The notes: generated by a model not told the origin, from the letters alone. A stretch of 34,451 nucleotides of DNA from a virus (IMGVR_UViG_3300049167_000230:1-34451); one strand, 5' to 3'. Shown: positions 7,464 to 17,458, counted from the first letter of the stretch. Translations and numbers: made by a program.

Positions 7464-9581
7464 CTAGGCTGCCTGAGTGACTAACTTCCAGCCAGTGTTG
7501 CCAGTACCCGTTTTCTTCATGTAAGCAACGCCATTGGTGTAATCCAAGCAGAGCGAGCCGACCGGTGCAGTCACCACGCCTTCAGGCGCGCCTGCATTTG
7601 AGGTTATAAAAGCCGTTCCGGCTGCGCCGAGCACGATCGACCGGAAATATCCCGCCAACCAGCGGGTGGCCGTGACACCGAAGTTTTGCGTCCCATCCGC
7701 TCCCGGGGCAATGCTACCACTGGTGTTGAAGGCCATGCGATCCGCGTTGCCGGCTCGAATGCCGACGACGCCGTTCGAGTAAGCCCGCAGGAAGGCACTC
7801 GCGTCCCAGTTTTCAATGGCGGTATCGCGGCCCGGCCGAAGCGATTTCAGCCGAAAGTGACCGTTCAGTTCAGAGTATGGCCCGAACTGACGTCCATCAA
7901 TAACCCCGCCGCGTGGCATGAATAGGCGCTGGTCAGGCCCGACTGTATCATCGGCCTTCATCCGGAGATTCCGTGTCTCGCCGACTTGTGCGGCAGCGGG
8001 CGCCCAGAACTGGGCCGGATCGGCCACTTCACTCGCCATCGGCGAAGCGATCATGTGCCCGCTGCCCTCGAATTGCGGATTATCGAACAGGAAATCTTGG
8101 CAGTCATGAAGATGCAGGAGCACCTTCTCGGCCGTCCAGAATTTGCAGTTTCTAAATTTGATCGCGCGAAGTGGGTAGCCGCTGATCTCCAGGGCTTTGC
8201 TATCAGTGAGGCCGAAGTCTGCAGCTCTGTCGCCCGACACGTGGTCTAGGCCGTAAAAGAGGCAATCTTCATATTCCGTGTTGGCAAATCCTGCAGACGG
8301 ATGCCTGATGTGGAATATCCCGGTGGGATCTGGCGTTACGCCCGTGAAGGTCAGAGCCGTACCTACTTTATTGAGGCCGGTATAGGTGTAGGTCACGTTG
8401 TCAGAGCCGCGGAAGGTGCCTCCGCCAGAAGCCCAATAGCTCTCCTCGGAAAAGTAGATCTGTACCGTGCTGGATGATGGCGCCGTGCAAGACCAGCGAT
8501 CCGGCGCTCGGATTAACGTGCGTGCACCATTGAACTTGCACTTCCGAAAATGGTTTCGCTCTGCTCGGCTATCGCTAACCGTGGTGACGATCAGCGCGTG
8601 ATCAGCTTCGCGCCATCCACCGACAACCTGGACATTGAAGTCGTCAACATACTCTCCGTTGCGGACGACATAGCCCATGTCCCACTCGTCACCAAGCGAA
8701 GCTGAAGACGTGTTGCTCCAGTCAGAGATCCCATCGGTACCGACCCAGTTGCAGATCCGCAGATTTCGCAAGCCACCATACTGGACGTTTTCTTTGACAA
8801 GAACGGCCGCAGAGAATTGACGGAAGGTTGCCGCAGTGGTGCCTGACGCATCGGCGTTGTAAGCCGACCAGAGCTTGAAATAATCCCCCGGACTGTCGGG
8901 ATCTCCCTTCCAGCCGCCGCCATTCTTCATAGACGTGATGCCAGCAAAGGTCTGATTGCGGACGCCTGTGCCGCGGAACAGCAGCGTCGTGCCTTCCCAG
9001 GTCTTGGGCCGACCGGAATAGACCGGCTCCCACTCACCGACGCCGCCGCCATCCAGATAAACCGACGACGAGCGCTCGAAACTTACCGAGATCGGATAGA
9101 TGCCGCGCAGTGCGAAGATCGTACCGCCGCCATTGGCGGAAACGAACGCGTCTGCAGCCTGAAACGCTATGTTGTTGGCCGTTTCCGCGGCAGTTGCCTC
9201 TGCGCCACCGTTAATAGCAATCAGGTCGGCGGCGGTGAAGGCGGTGGCGCCAAACATCTCGACATGGATCGCCTGGCCATGCGCAAGCTCCCACCATGCA
9301 CCGTCAGAGGACTGCTTGTGCCAAGGCCTCGCCGGCGATGGGGTTCCGGAATACGGAATGTAAAGCGCTCCGCCGCCATCGCCGGGGGCTGAATAACCAG
9401 CCGTCCGCAAGAATGCGATTCCCGTAGGGATGGCGGTAGTCGCAATGTCGACCGTGTTCTCAATATTCCACGCGGCGTTCTGCTCGAGGAATTTGCCCCA
9501 TGCGCGAATGGAGGGTTTGTGCGGCTGCAAGGGCTGCATAGATGGCCCATCTGCCCAGATCGAAGCTGCGTTAAGTGGCAT
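7464..9581 (-). CDS. Tail fibre / tailspike (receptor-binding, probable beta-helix depolymerase)
   Basis: Follows the tail tip gene; TAGYSAPGDGGGALY and HVEMFGA...NNIAFQAA motifs typical of tailspike beta-helix entry; C-terminal GAPEGVVTAPVGSL...GNTGW. Confidence 0.8.
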   Translation of the reverse strand: MPLNAASIWADGPSMQPLQPHKPSIRAWGKFLEQNAAWNIENTVDIATTAIPTGIAFLRTAGYSAPGDGGGALYIPYSGTPSPARPWHKQSSDGAWWELAHGQAIHVEMFGATAFTAADLIAINGGAEATAAETANNIAFQAADAFVSANGGGTIFALRGIYPISVSFERSSSVYLDGGGVGEWEPVYSGRPKTWEGTTLLFRGTGVRNQTFAGITSMKNGGGWKGDPDSPGDYFKLWSAYNADASGTTAATFRQFSAAVLVKENVQYGGLRNLRICNWVGTDGISDWSNTSSASLGDEWDMGYVVRNGEYVDDFNVQVVGGWREADHALIVTTVSDSRAERNHFRKCKFNGARTLIRAPDRWSCTAPSSSTVQIYFSEESYWASGGGTFRGSDNVTYTYTGLNKVGTALTFTGVTPDPTGIFHIRHPSAGFANTEYEDCLFYGLDHVSGDRAADFGLTDSKALEISGYPLRAIKFRNCKFWTAEKVLLHLHDCQDFLFDNPQFEGSGHMIASPMASEVADPAQFWAPAAAQVGETRNLRMKADDTVGPDQRLFMPRGGVIDGRQFGPYSELNGHFRLKSLRPGRDTAIENWDASAFLRAYSNGVVGIRAGNADRMAFNTSGSIAPGADGTQNFGVTATRWLAGYFRSIVLGAAGTAFITSNAGAPEGVVTAPVGSLCLDYTNGVAYMKKTGTGNTGWKLVTQAA

Positions 9582-9647
9582 GGGGAATCCTCATGGCAAA
9601 GCGCCCCGGCGACTAACCGGGGGCTTGTGGTGGTCTGCGGTGGTGGA

Positions 9648-11834
9648 CTAGGTGACGATCGCCGTGGCGGAGGCTTGCGCGACTGACGGGACGCCGGAGA
9701 TGTTCTCCGCGCCGCACCAGTATTTCCAAGTGCCCGCACCGGGCGTGTCGTTGAACGAGATCACCTGATTTGCCGTCACGGAATATGGCGTACCCAACTG
9801 GGTCGCAGCCGCGTAGCTTTGAACGGTAGTCCCGCGCTTGAAGATTAATACGCGGGTGTTGTCGTTCGCCGCCTTGGCGCTCACAGGGACCGTGGTCACG
9901 CTATTAGGCGCCGTCATGTTGACGGGCGTGCCGGGCGCTACAGGGTCAGCAGTTGAAGTGATGTTGGCGGTGATCGACCAGTCAGAAGGGGCGCCGCCTG
10001 AAGTTCTGAAGTTGGCTTGTATCTCCAGAGCCTTATCGGCGGGCACCGTGTTTGTGTTCAGCTCAACAAATCCACCCGCTGCAACAGAATCTGGAAACGA
10101 TTGCTCGACCCAAGCGCCGGGATTGCCGGAGCCGTTGTCGACAAGCCGATAGCGGACCACTGGCGTCAGACTGGCGTCCACAGGATCGATGATCACAACC
10201 CGGATGTAGACAGAACCTGCGTTCGGCTTTGCCTGGACCAAGTTTATGACCGGAACGACGATTTCCTCATCGTTGTTGTTGGCTGGGACGGGAGGCTGTG
10301 CGCCTTCATCGACGAATGGGTTCCAATCGTCGATATCGTCGGGATGCTGAACAACGTCCATTGAGAAGCCACCACGGGTGAGCGCGAGGACTGACCGTCT
10401 GTTCTCGACGACCTTGCCGTTCAGACGAGGAAGGCGAAGCGGCGATTCAATGCGAACCCACCGGGCGTATACTGAGTTGATGCCGCTGAACCGAACGTCG
10501 ATCGAGCCCTTGATCTTCTGACGAAGACGCTTCCAGTCACGCAGACCAAGACGGCGAGCCTGCCGCCACTGGTGAACCCACTGATAGTTCGCCTCCTCCG
10601 AGAGAATGCGGCCGGCCTCGACTTGAGCGTCGATATCTTCGAAGAAATCGGTGTCACATGTCGAATAGGCGGTCGCCGGGTAGGTGAACTTTGGAACCAG
10701 CCGGTTGACTTCGTCTTCGAAAAGAACGTCATATTGAATACTGTGGCCAACGATGTCCCGGTCGTAAAGCGTGACGCAGCGCGACTCACGGAACTTGCCG
10801 ACAGTCAGGATGCGAGCCCCGTCGCCGCGAGCCACAAGGTGGCCGTCGCACGACGACAGAATGGCGTTCAGGCCTGACTTGGGGCCGTTTTCCGTAGTGT
10901 CAGTGCCGTTGCACTCGTACCGCTTTTCGGTACCGCCGGTTGCCAGCGGCACATCTTCGTCGCAAATGTCGGCCTCTTCGATCCACAGATCGATGACCGG
11001 CATAAGCGCCTTCTGATAATCCAGCCGAAAGCCGAACTCGTTAAAGCACAAGTGCCAAGCGCAGATAACTGCGGAATTGCGTGTCCACTCCCATGTTTCC
11101 GGATCTTCCGGATCTTGAGCCGGGTCGCGAAAGTCCCAGCAGAGTGCAAGGTCCGCTTCCGCCGACAAGGACGGAGGGCCGTATGGAAAGCGTTTGTTTT
11201 GATCTTTCTGCTTTTCAGCAGAGGCGTACATGGCTAGGGACGCCTGCCCATCTCCTCGGTGGTTGTTAGTCCACAAGCCGGAAGCGCTAAAAGTATCTAC
11301 GACGAAGGCGTAAGGGGTTTCTGTTGGTAGCCCAAGTCTGTGTAAGATGCCGACGTTTCCGCCATACCGCTCGCCAGGATATGAGGCAGTCCCTCCTGCT
11401 GGAGGAACAGTGACTTCGTCGTCATGGAGCCAGAAACGGTTGAACGACTTTATTCTGTGGGCCGCCACAGCCTGAACCGCCAAAAGGTTCGGGCCATTCG
11501 ACTCCCAGAGCATGTAAGCGCCGCCCAGACGCGTGCGGCCGACACCCCAAATCCTGTGTGGAATTGGCTGTGTAAGCGGAACCTTGGCCGCCTCCGGTTT
11601 CGGAGGCTTCGGCGCCATAAGCATTTGAATGCCGATGGAAATGGCGGTCGTAGCTATGGCTGAAGCCACACCTACGCCGATCGACAGGGCCGTGCCGGTC
11701 AGGCCAAGCCCACCGGCGCCAAGCATCGCTGTAAAGAGTGGCGTGAAGATCGGGTCGAAGACGACTTGGCTATAGAGCGACGTCGTGTGTGACAGCCCAT
11801 AGCGCTGCAGCATCATGCGGTGATGGAAGCTCAT
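9648..11834 (-). CDS. Tail tip / host-specificity protein (gpJ-like)
   Basis: GVGRTRLGGAY, WEWTRNSA, EADICDE, RYECNG motifs; C-terminal Ig/FN3-like region; ATG 11834 overlaps the upstream stop. Confidence 0.85.
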   Translation of the reverse strand: MSFHHRMMLQRYGLSHTTSLYSQVVFDPIFTPLFTAMLGAGGLGLTGTALSIGVGVASAIATTAISIGIQMLMAPKPPKPEAAKVPLTQPIPHRIWGVGRTRLGGAYMLWESNGPNLLAVQAVAAHRIKSFNRFWLHDDEVTVPPAGGTASYPGERYGGNVGILHRLGLPTETPYAFVVDTFSASGLWTNNHRGDGQASLAMYASAEKQKDQNKRFPYGPPSLSAEADLALCWDFRDPAQDPEDPETWEWTRNSAVICAWHLCFNEFGFRLDYQKALMPVIDLWIEEADICDEDVPLATGGTEKRYECNGTDTTENGPKSGLNAILSSCDGHLVARGDGARILTVGKFRESRCVTLYDRDIVGHSIQYDVLFEDEVNRLVPKFTYPATAYSTCDTDFFEDIDAQVEAGRILSEEANYQWVHQWRQARRLGLRDWKRLRQKIKGSIDVRFSGINSVYARWVRIESPLRLPRLNGKVVENRRSVLALTRGGFSMDVVQHPDDIDDWNPFVDEGAQPPVPANNNDEEIVVPVINLVQAKPNAGSVYIRVVIIDPVDASLTPVVRYRLVDNGSGNPGAWVEQSFPDSVAAGGFVELNTNTVPADKALEIQANFRTSGGAPSDWSITANITSTADPVAPGTPVNMTAPNSVTTVPVSAKAANDNTRVLIFKRGTTVQSYAAATQLGTPYSVTANQVISFNDTPGAGTWKYWCGAENISGVPSVAQASATAIVT

Positions 11835-12253
11835 TCGATCCGGCCTCCAGCAGGCATGCGCCATGCGGCGATAAATTCGAGTTTCTTGCAGGCGACGCCC
11901 GCAGGCGCGAGGACCAGCCAGTGCTTGCCGAAGCGGATGGCGCCGATGCTCACTTCGCTGCCCGTGTAGGCGTCAGGCGCCGTCACCACGCCGATGTCGC
12001 CATCCTCTGGCGTGTCGGTGCGCGCGAAACCTAGTGGCGTCAGGCGAGCCTCTATGAAGGCCTCTATGCCGCCAGCGCTCTGTAGAATCCGATGGGCGCC
12101 GGCGGCGTCACGGTATGTGCCGCGCAAGTCTTCTGCCGGGTCGACGCCGAGGCGATATGAGATCCAAGTCGCCAGGAATGTCGTGCAGTCGTCGCCGCCC
12201 TGACCGCCCCACCTGAACCGGTGCGGCAGCGCCATAAACTCTTGCAATGTCAT
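11831..12253 (-). CDS. Tail assembly protein, NlpC/P60-like (DUF6950-type)
   Basis: FRWGGQGGDDCTTF and PEDGDIGVV motifs at the usual position before gpJ. Confidence 0.8.
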   Translation of the reverse strand: MTLQEFMALPHRFRWGGQGGDDCTTFLATWISYRLGVDPAEDLRGTYRDAAGAHRILQSAGGIEAFIEARLTPLGFARTDTPEDGDIGVVTAPDAYTGSEVSIGAIRFGKHWLVLAPAGVACKKLEFIAAWRMPAGGRIE

Positions 12254-12277
12254 GGGAACCTGCGGTCGTTGGTGCGG

Positions 12278-12880
12278 CTAGTAGCCAAGCGTCCAAGTCG
12301 GCTGGACGCCGCGCGCAAGGCGGGACGTCTCGTCGCAGAACTTGTCGGTTGGCGAGAGCGCCTTCTGGTGCGGCGATGACCACAGCGTGCGGGCTGGCCT
12401 CGATCGGGTCGCCTCGCCGGATACAACGGCAAGAGAGAGCGTGATCGTCACAGACTGCCCGCTAGGAGTCGCAGGAGAGGCCTCCCCGACATGCGACGCC
12501 GTGCCCGACCAAATCGGGATAATAGAGCTCATCGGCTGGAAATATTGGTCCAGCGTCGTGATGCCCATCTGAACAAGCGCGCCGCGAACAGGCGGCAGGC
12601 TGTCGATGGTCTTGGCCGCCGTCGTCGGGTCGATACCGGACAGCGTGAATTCAACACTGTCCGCTGTGCCGTTGACCAGCACCTCAAGGGTCGGCACGCC
12701 AAGCAGGCGCCCGCCTCCGAGATAGACCGTGCCATCGGGGTCCACGCTGTCGAAGTTAGCCGGAATGTCGTTGACGCCGAACCACATGTGCAGCGCCGGG
12801 TCGGTGTCGATGCGAAGAAAAATGCCGAGCTGGTGGCTGCCGGATAGCTCGGCGATGACGTTGTCAGGCACCCAGCCCAT
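12278..12880 (-). CDS. Minor tail / tail hub protein
   Basis: Synteny; YLGGGRLLGV and HQKALSPTDKFC motifs; AGGAG ribosome-binding site. Confidence 0.75.
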   Translation of the reverse strand: MGWVPDNVIAELSGSHQLGIFLRIDTDPALHMWFGVNDIPANFDSVDPDGTVYLGGGRLLGVPTLEVLVNGTADSVEFTLSGIDPTTAAKTIDSLPPVRGALVQMGITTLDQYFQPMSSIIPIWSGTASHVGEASPATPSGQSVTITLSLAVVSGEATRSRPARTLWSSPHQKALSPTDKFCDETSRLARGVQPTWTLGY

Positions 12881-12892
12881 AGGCGGCTCCTA

Positions 12893-12923
12893 GAAAAGAA
12901 GAAGGCCCGCGAGAGCGAGCCTT
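12893..12923 (-). terminator. Terminator-like hairpin inside the tail operon
   Basis: Minus strand AAGGCTCGC-tctc-GCGGGCCTT followed by CTTCTTTT. Confidence 0.5.
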
Positions 12924-12948
12924 TATGTGGGTGGGGAGTGGGCGGAGA

Positions 12949-12977
12949 TTGACGTAGCGGGAAGCTGCATCCATCAT
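12949..12977 (+). promoter_or_regulatory. Candidate sigma70 promoter of the 13004 moron
   Basis: TTGACG-N17-CATCAT, then GGAG ribosome-binding site. Confidence 0.5.
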
Positions 12978-13003
12978 CGCGGCCCGCGCACTGGAGTGAC
13001 GAG

Positions 13004-13381
13004 ATGAGCGACGAATACCTGCCTATGCCGTTCACAGTGATAGGACTGGATGTGCCTGATACTGGCGACGAAGCAGCGATGCTGGGGCTGGATCAGGGCA
13101 ACAGGAAGATTGCTGTCACCGTTGACTTTGCGAGCCTTCTCGCCCTGCTTGAAAACTCGACGCGAGCGCTTCAGGATATCGGCTTCAGGCAGCGCGGATC
13201 ATTTGTTCACGTCCCGGCAAGGCCGTCGGTTGGCTTCGATTCTGACCAGCCGGATAAGATAGCGATCGAGCTTCAATTCGGGACAATTGGAAACTTTCGC
13301 GTGACGGTGACAAGAACTCAGGCTGAAGCTTTGCAGGCCGATATCGGTGCCGCCCTGGCAGCCGCTCGCAGCACGGAATGA
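13004..13381 (+). CDS. Hypothetical protein (125 aa), antisense moron in the tail module
   Basis: Fills the gap between two tail genes on the opposite strand; GGAG upstream of ATG. Confidence 0.7.
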   Translation: MSDEYLPMPFTVIGLDVPDTGDEAAMLGLDQGNRKIAVTVDFASLLALLENSTRALQDIGFRQRGSFVHVPARPSVGFDSDQPDKIAIELQFGTIGNFRVTVTRTQAEALQADIGAALAAARSTE

Positions 13382-13399
13382 TCTCCAAGTCGTCTTTCA

Positions 13400-14164
13400 T
13401 CAAAAAGCCTCCGAGAACTGAATGGTCTGCTGCGTCACGAAGAATGCCTCGACGACGGACGGGAGTGTGAAGTCGCCGCGGAACTTGGCAACGAAGCGAG
13501 GCCGGGCGAACTCGACGCGCGTGCCGGCCGTTACAGCCTCACGAAGAGGCGGCGCGAGCGCCAGTCGATAGTCCTGATAGGGAACGTCCGTGCCTTCGAT
13601 GGTCTCGACGCCGTCATCGTACCGGTCGAGGACTTCCCAATAGCGGTATGCGCGCCAGCCCTTGCCGCCCTCGTGATAGATCGAGAACCAGTCGGACCAG
13701 CGCAGAGGGCGGGACATGCCGTAGACGCGCATGTAGACGATGCCCGCATTCAGGGATGCGTTGGCGGTGATCTTTCCCCAGACGGTCGTCTGGCTGTAGC
13801 CAGAGCCATCATCGAAGAAGGAGCCGTCCGAATGCGGGATGCCGGTGATAATCGGCGTTGGCAGGCGACCAATACGAGGAAAAGGCCCGAACCAATCGGT
13901 GATGATCGGGACATTGATGAACCGAAAACCACCGTTCAGGCGCGAGCCGAGCCAGTTGATGTACTCGTACTGCTCCGGATCCTTGATTTTGCAGTCCTCA
14001 TAAGTGGCGACGACCGTGCCGCCGCCACTCATTTCGATAGACTGGCCCTCACCGGAACCGTTGCGTCCGCCGTCGACTGATGAGCCGACGACGTCATAGG
14101 TGGTTCGCACCGGAGCCAGAAAGTTGGCCTCCAGCGTGGGCTGGTTGAGATAGTTGGCCATCAT
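13400..14164 (-). CDS. Distal tail / minor tail protein
   Basis: Directly after the tape measure (TGATG overlap); PHSDGSFFDDGSGY and PPLREAVTAGT motifs. Confidence 0.75.
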   Translation of the reverse strand: MMANYLNQPTLEANFLAPVRTTYDVVGSSVDGGRNGSGEGQSIEMSGGGTVVATYEDCKIKDPEQYEYINWLGSRLNGGFRFINVPIITDWFGPFPRIGRLPTPIITGIPHSDGSFFDDGSGYSQTTVWGKITANASLNAGIVYMRVYGMSRPLRWSDWFSIYHEGGKGWRAYRYWEVLDRYDDGVETIEGTDVPYQDYRLALAPPLREAVTAGTRVEFARPRFVAKFRGDFTLPSVVEAFFVTQQTIQFSEAF

Positions 14165-17100
14165 CAGCCCTTCTGGTTGCCGTACCGGCTTTGCATGGTG
14201 CCGAAGCCGCCTCGGCGCTGGTTCTCGTTGTAGGTATTGAGACCCTCGCCAACGCCCTGCTTCACAAGCATCCGGACATGGTCGTCACCATTCGCCCCAA
14301 CGATCTGCACTTGCAGGACGCCAGGGTTGGCATTGTCATTCGACGCAGAGCGACGAGCGGCAAGAGCGGGTGCGACCGGCGCTCCGATGCTACGAGCAAC
14401 ACCGCCCATGGCCATGTGGCCGATGGTGCCGTTGTTGATTGCATGAAGGAGGGCGCGGTGCTTCTTGGACTGGCTAGCCCTGACCACGAATTCGCCGTCG
14501 GAAAGCATCGTTGGGATACTATCCGACGTGCCGCTTCCTGGGCCGCTGATTGGGCCGCCGTCGGCGTAAAGCCCTATGCCGCCCTTGGTCCACGCTGACG
14601 CGAACTGCGGAGATGCGGAAAAAGCTGACTTGCCGTAGCTTGAAAGGCCACCAAGTAGGCTGCTAAGCAAGCCTCCGCCACCAGAGGCTCCGCCACCCGC
14701 GCTACCCAGGCCGCTGGCAAGCTTGCCCAGTCCCATAGTGGCATCACCAGAGGATGCGGCAAGCTTTTCTAGGGCTGCCGCTGCATCTTTCGACGGCACC
14801 TCAAAGTGCATCGCATCCTTTTTAGACTTCCAATCCCCTCCCCACGAAAGGCCGTTTTGCGCAGCAAGAGAGCTGACGCTGGACGGCATATCCGTGACTA
14901 GGTTCCGACCCATAGGGTTGGCGCCTGGATTGATGTCGATCGCATTGCCATAGGCGTGGTTCGACAGCTTGTTGGTGCCAGCGATATTCCGATAGTTGTA
15001 GCCACCGAGAGACTTGATCTTGTATCCGGCGCCCTCGAGGTCATCGATGAGGCCTTGGAAGTTCTCGGCGAACTTCTTGTTGACGCTTGCCGTGAGTCCG
15101 CCGCTGGTCGAAATCTGCGACAAGGCAGAGCCAGCCTTAGTGGCGCCGACATCAGCCAGCATTGAGCGCGACACCGGAATGACCGGAGCCTTCCCGGTTG
15201 CGCCACCACCCAAAGAGCCGACAACTTTGCCAGCGATGCCTCCGACTGCTGCGGCGCCACCTGACCCGCCGTCACCCATGGCGCTGTTGAGGAGTTGGCC
15301 GAATATCTTCTTCAGGACGCCGGAAATCTGCGTTTGCGCCGAATCCAAAAGTGCAGTCATGACAACTTGGCCAAGCTTTTTGCCGATGTCATCGCCACCG
15401 CTCAAAAGAGCGCCAGAAAGATTGTCGATGAAGGCGTCAGAAGCGCTGGTTATTTCGTCCATCTGCAGCGACTTGCGAATCTGTCCGGCCTCTGGACTGT
15501 TCAAGTCTTCCGGCAAGCCATACTGGCGCTGCGTCGTGATGATCTGCCGTTCTTGCGGCGACATACTCTTCAGGCGACGCTCGTCCAGCAGATCCTGCGA
15601 TAGCTTCGCCTTGGCGAGCGTCTCAGAATACTGCTTGTAAAGTGCAACCTTCTTCTCAAGCTCCTTCCGCTGGCCTTCGCTAAGCGAACGGCCTTTGTCT
15701 TCGGAACTCTGAAGCAAATCGAGCGCAAAGCGCGCCGCGTCTGCCTCGATGCCAAACTTCCCGAGCAGGTCGACTTCCTGCTTCATCTGGCCAATGCGGT
15801 CGTCGGCAGACTTGATCAGGTCGCGGTAGGCGCTGGCTGCCTTTTCGGAAGTTGCAGCGTCGTCTACTGGGTAGTCTTTGAGCGTAAGAGGCTTAACCGC
15901 CTCTGGCGCGACGCCGGTTCCTCCAGGCAGAGCATAAGCGGGGAGCGTAATGCCTGGCTGGCGTTTGGCTGCAGACGGGAGGCCAGAAAGCTGCGTCTGC
16001 AGCTTGTCGATCGTCCGGAGAAGGTCCGGATTTGGCGGCAGCGCCTTGAGGTCGGCTATCTGCTTTTCCAGAGAAAGGCGCTTCTCTGCCGCCTCCAACG
16101 CCATTTTTTCAGGCGTCACCGTTGAGTTGATGGTGAGGGCTCCGCCTAACCAATTGACACCGCCCTCTGGCAATATCGACTTACCGACGTTGCGCAGACC
16201 GGAAATCTTGCCAAGAGAATCGGCCCAACTCTTGAGTCCGGTCGCGCCCGCGTTCAAGAAATCGGAAATTTCCTTCAACTGTGTGGACAGGCTGTCGAAA
16301 TCAACCTGGCCGATCTCTGTCGAGATGGAGTCCAATGCTTCGCCGAACGCATTGCCGGCCTCGACGCCGCGGTCGAACTTCCCGGCTGCGTCCGTCAGAA
16401 CATTCTGAAGTCGAACGAAACGAGACGATATCGTGTCTTCTGAGGTCGCAAGTGTTTTCGCGAGAAGTGGCGCGCCCGCAATTGCTCCGTCGAAGAATGC
16501 CCTAGAGGAAATCTTGCCGTCTTTGACGAGTGTCGTAAGTTTTGCGACAGACCCGCCTGCCTCATCGATGCCGGCGGCCACCGCCTGTAGGAGCGGTCTA
16601 GCGCCGTCCAGCAGGCTGCCATACTCCTCCATCTGAACCTTGCCGCCGCCGATCGCCTGCCCAAGCTGCAACATAGCGCCGCTGGCTTCCGCAGCAGACC
16701 CGCCGCCAGCCTTGAGGGACATGGCTACTGTGTCGCTGAAGTTCTTCAGGTCTTTCTGGCTGGCGCCAAGTTCCTTCGCGGCAGTCGCTGCCCTTCCATA
16801 AAGCGTAACAAGTTCGGCCACGGGGACGCCGTTGCGCTGCGCCGAGGCGAACAGGCTGTCATAGACAGACTTGAGGTTGTCCCCTTCAAGGCCGGCCACC
16901 TTCAGCGAATTCTGTATCTTGGTTGCGCTATCGATCAGCGTCTGCGCGCCGCGAGCCGAAGCTGCGGCCGCAAACACGCGAGCAATTTTAGTCTGCGCAT
17001 CCGCCCCAGCATGGCCGATCCTGGCCATAGCAGCTTCGGCACCACGGAACGACTTCGTCAGAGACGAATCAATCCGCTTGCCGAGACCGTCGAACTGACG

Positions 17101-17214
17101 CTCGATGACCCTTGTACTGCCCGCGATATCCGTTTCGAGCCGCTTTAGGCTCCGGCGGACGGTCGCGAGGTCTGTGCTGATACTGATGATCAGGTCGTCG
17201 GTCTTGTCAGCCAC
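14164..17214 (-). CDS. Tail tape measure protein with M15 peptidase domain
   Basis: 1016 aa, Ala/Gly-rich; tape-measure motif EASGAMLQLGQAIGGGKVQMEEY; C-terminal GPGSGTSDSIPTMLSDGEFVV; internal SNHAYGNAID...WGGDW...DAMHFE. Confidence 0.93.
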   Translation of the reverse strand: MADKTDDLIISISTDLATVRRSLKRLETDIAGSTRVIERQFDGLGKRIDSSLTKSFRGAEAAMARIGHAGADAQTKIARVFAAAASARGAQTLIDSATKIQNSLKVAGLEGDNLKSVYDSLFASAQRNGVPVAELVTLYGRAATAAKELGASQKDLKNFSDTVAMSLKAGGGSAAEASGAMLQLGQAIGGGKVQMEEYGSLLDGARPLLQAVAAGIDEAGGSVAKLTTLVKDGKISSRAFFDGAIAGAPLLAKTLATSEDTISSRFVRLQNVLTDAAGKFDRGVEAGNAFGEALDSISTEIGQVDFDSLSTQLKEISDFLNAGATGLKSWADSLGKISGLRNVGKSILPEGGVNWLGGALTINSTVTPEKMALEAAEKRLSLEKQIADLKALPPNPDLLRTIDKLQTQLSGLPSAAKRQPGITLPAYALPGGTGVAPEAVKPLTLKDYPVDDAATSEKAASAYRDLIKSADDRIGQMKQEVDLLGKFGIEADAARFALDLLQSSEDKGRSLSEGQRKELEKKVALYKQYSETLAKAKLSQDLLDERRLKSMSPQERQIITTQRQYGLPEDLNSPEAGQIRKSLQMDEITSASDAFIDNLSGALLSGGDDIGKKLGQVVMTALLDSAQTQISGVLKKIFGQLLNSAMGDGGSGGAAAVGGIAGKVVGSLGGGATGKAPVIPVSRSMLADVGATKAGSALSQISTSGGLTASVNKKFAENFQGLIDDLEGAGYKIKSLGGYNYRNIAGTNKLSNHAYGNAIDINPGANPMGRNLVTDMPSSVSSLAAQNGLSWGGDWKSKKDAMHFEVPSKDAAAALEKLAASSGDATMGLGKLASGLGSAGGGASGGGGLLSSLLGGLSSYGKSAFSASPQFASAWTKGGIGLYADGGPISGPGSGTSDSIPTMLSDGEFVVRASQSKKHRALLHAINNGTIGHMAMGGVARSIGAPVAPALAARRSASNDNANPGVLQVQIVGANGDDHVRMLVKQGVGEGLNTYNENQRRGGFGTMQSRYGNQKG

Positions 17215-17234
17215 AGGCGAGCATCCTAGAATTG

Positions 17235-17257
17235 AAAAAGCCCGCGCGTGGCGGGCT
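17235..17257 (-). terminator. Terminator-like hairpin before the tape measure gene
   Basis: Minus strand AGCCCGC-cacgc-GCGGGCT followed by TTTT. Confidence 0.5.
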
Positions 17258-17258
17258 G

Positions 17259-17429
17259 TCAGCCATACTTGGCCAGCAAGGCATCCATCTCTCCTGGCTT
17301 CGGGGCGGAACTTTCCACCTCGGCACCCTGAGCTTCATTGTGGCCGTTGATGGCCTCAAAGAATTCGGTGAGCGTCGCCTCCCAGAAGTCGACCGGCCGC
17401 CATCCGAGGCCGCCGATCCCAATCTTCAT
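17259..17429 (-). CDS. Tail assembly chaperone, gpT part (56 aa; absent from the ORF track)
   Basis: Hand translation MKIGIGGLGWRPVDFWEATLTEFFEAINGHNEAQGAEVESSAPKPGEMDALLAKYG, a typical LGW-P--FW--T--E chaperone; lies in the -1 frame of gpG. Confidence 0.85.
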   Translation of the reverse strand: MKIGIGGLGWRPVDFWEATLTEFFEAINGHNEAQGAEVESSAPKPGEMDALLAKYG

Positions 17430-17458
17430 CCATCTTCGAAACGGGAATGGTTCGTCGT

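Noticed and set aside
1-9581. Tail-fibre shufflon or diversity-generating retroelement driven by the extra recombinase
   Set aside because: No alternative fibre cassettes, flanking inverted repeats, reverse transcriptase or template/variable repeat pair seen.
17207-17422. 71-aa ORF from the track
   Set aside because: Wrong frame; the real chaperone is 17259-17429.
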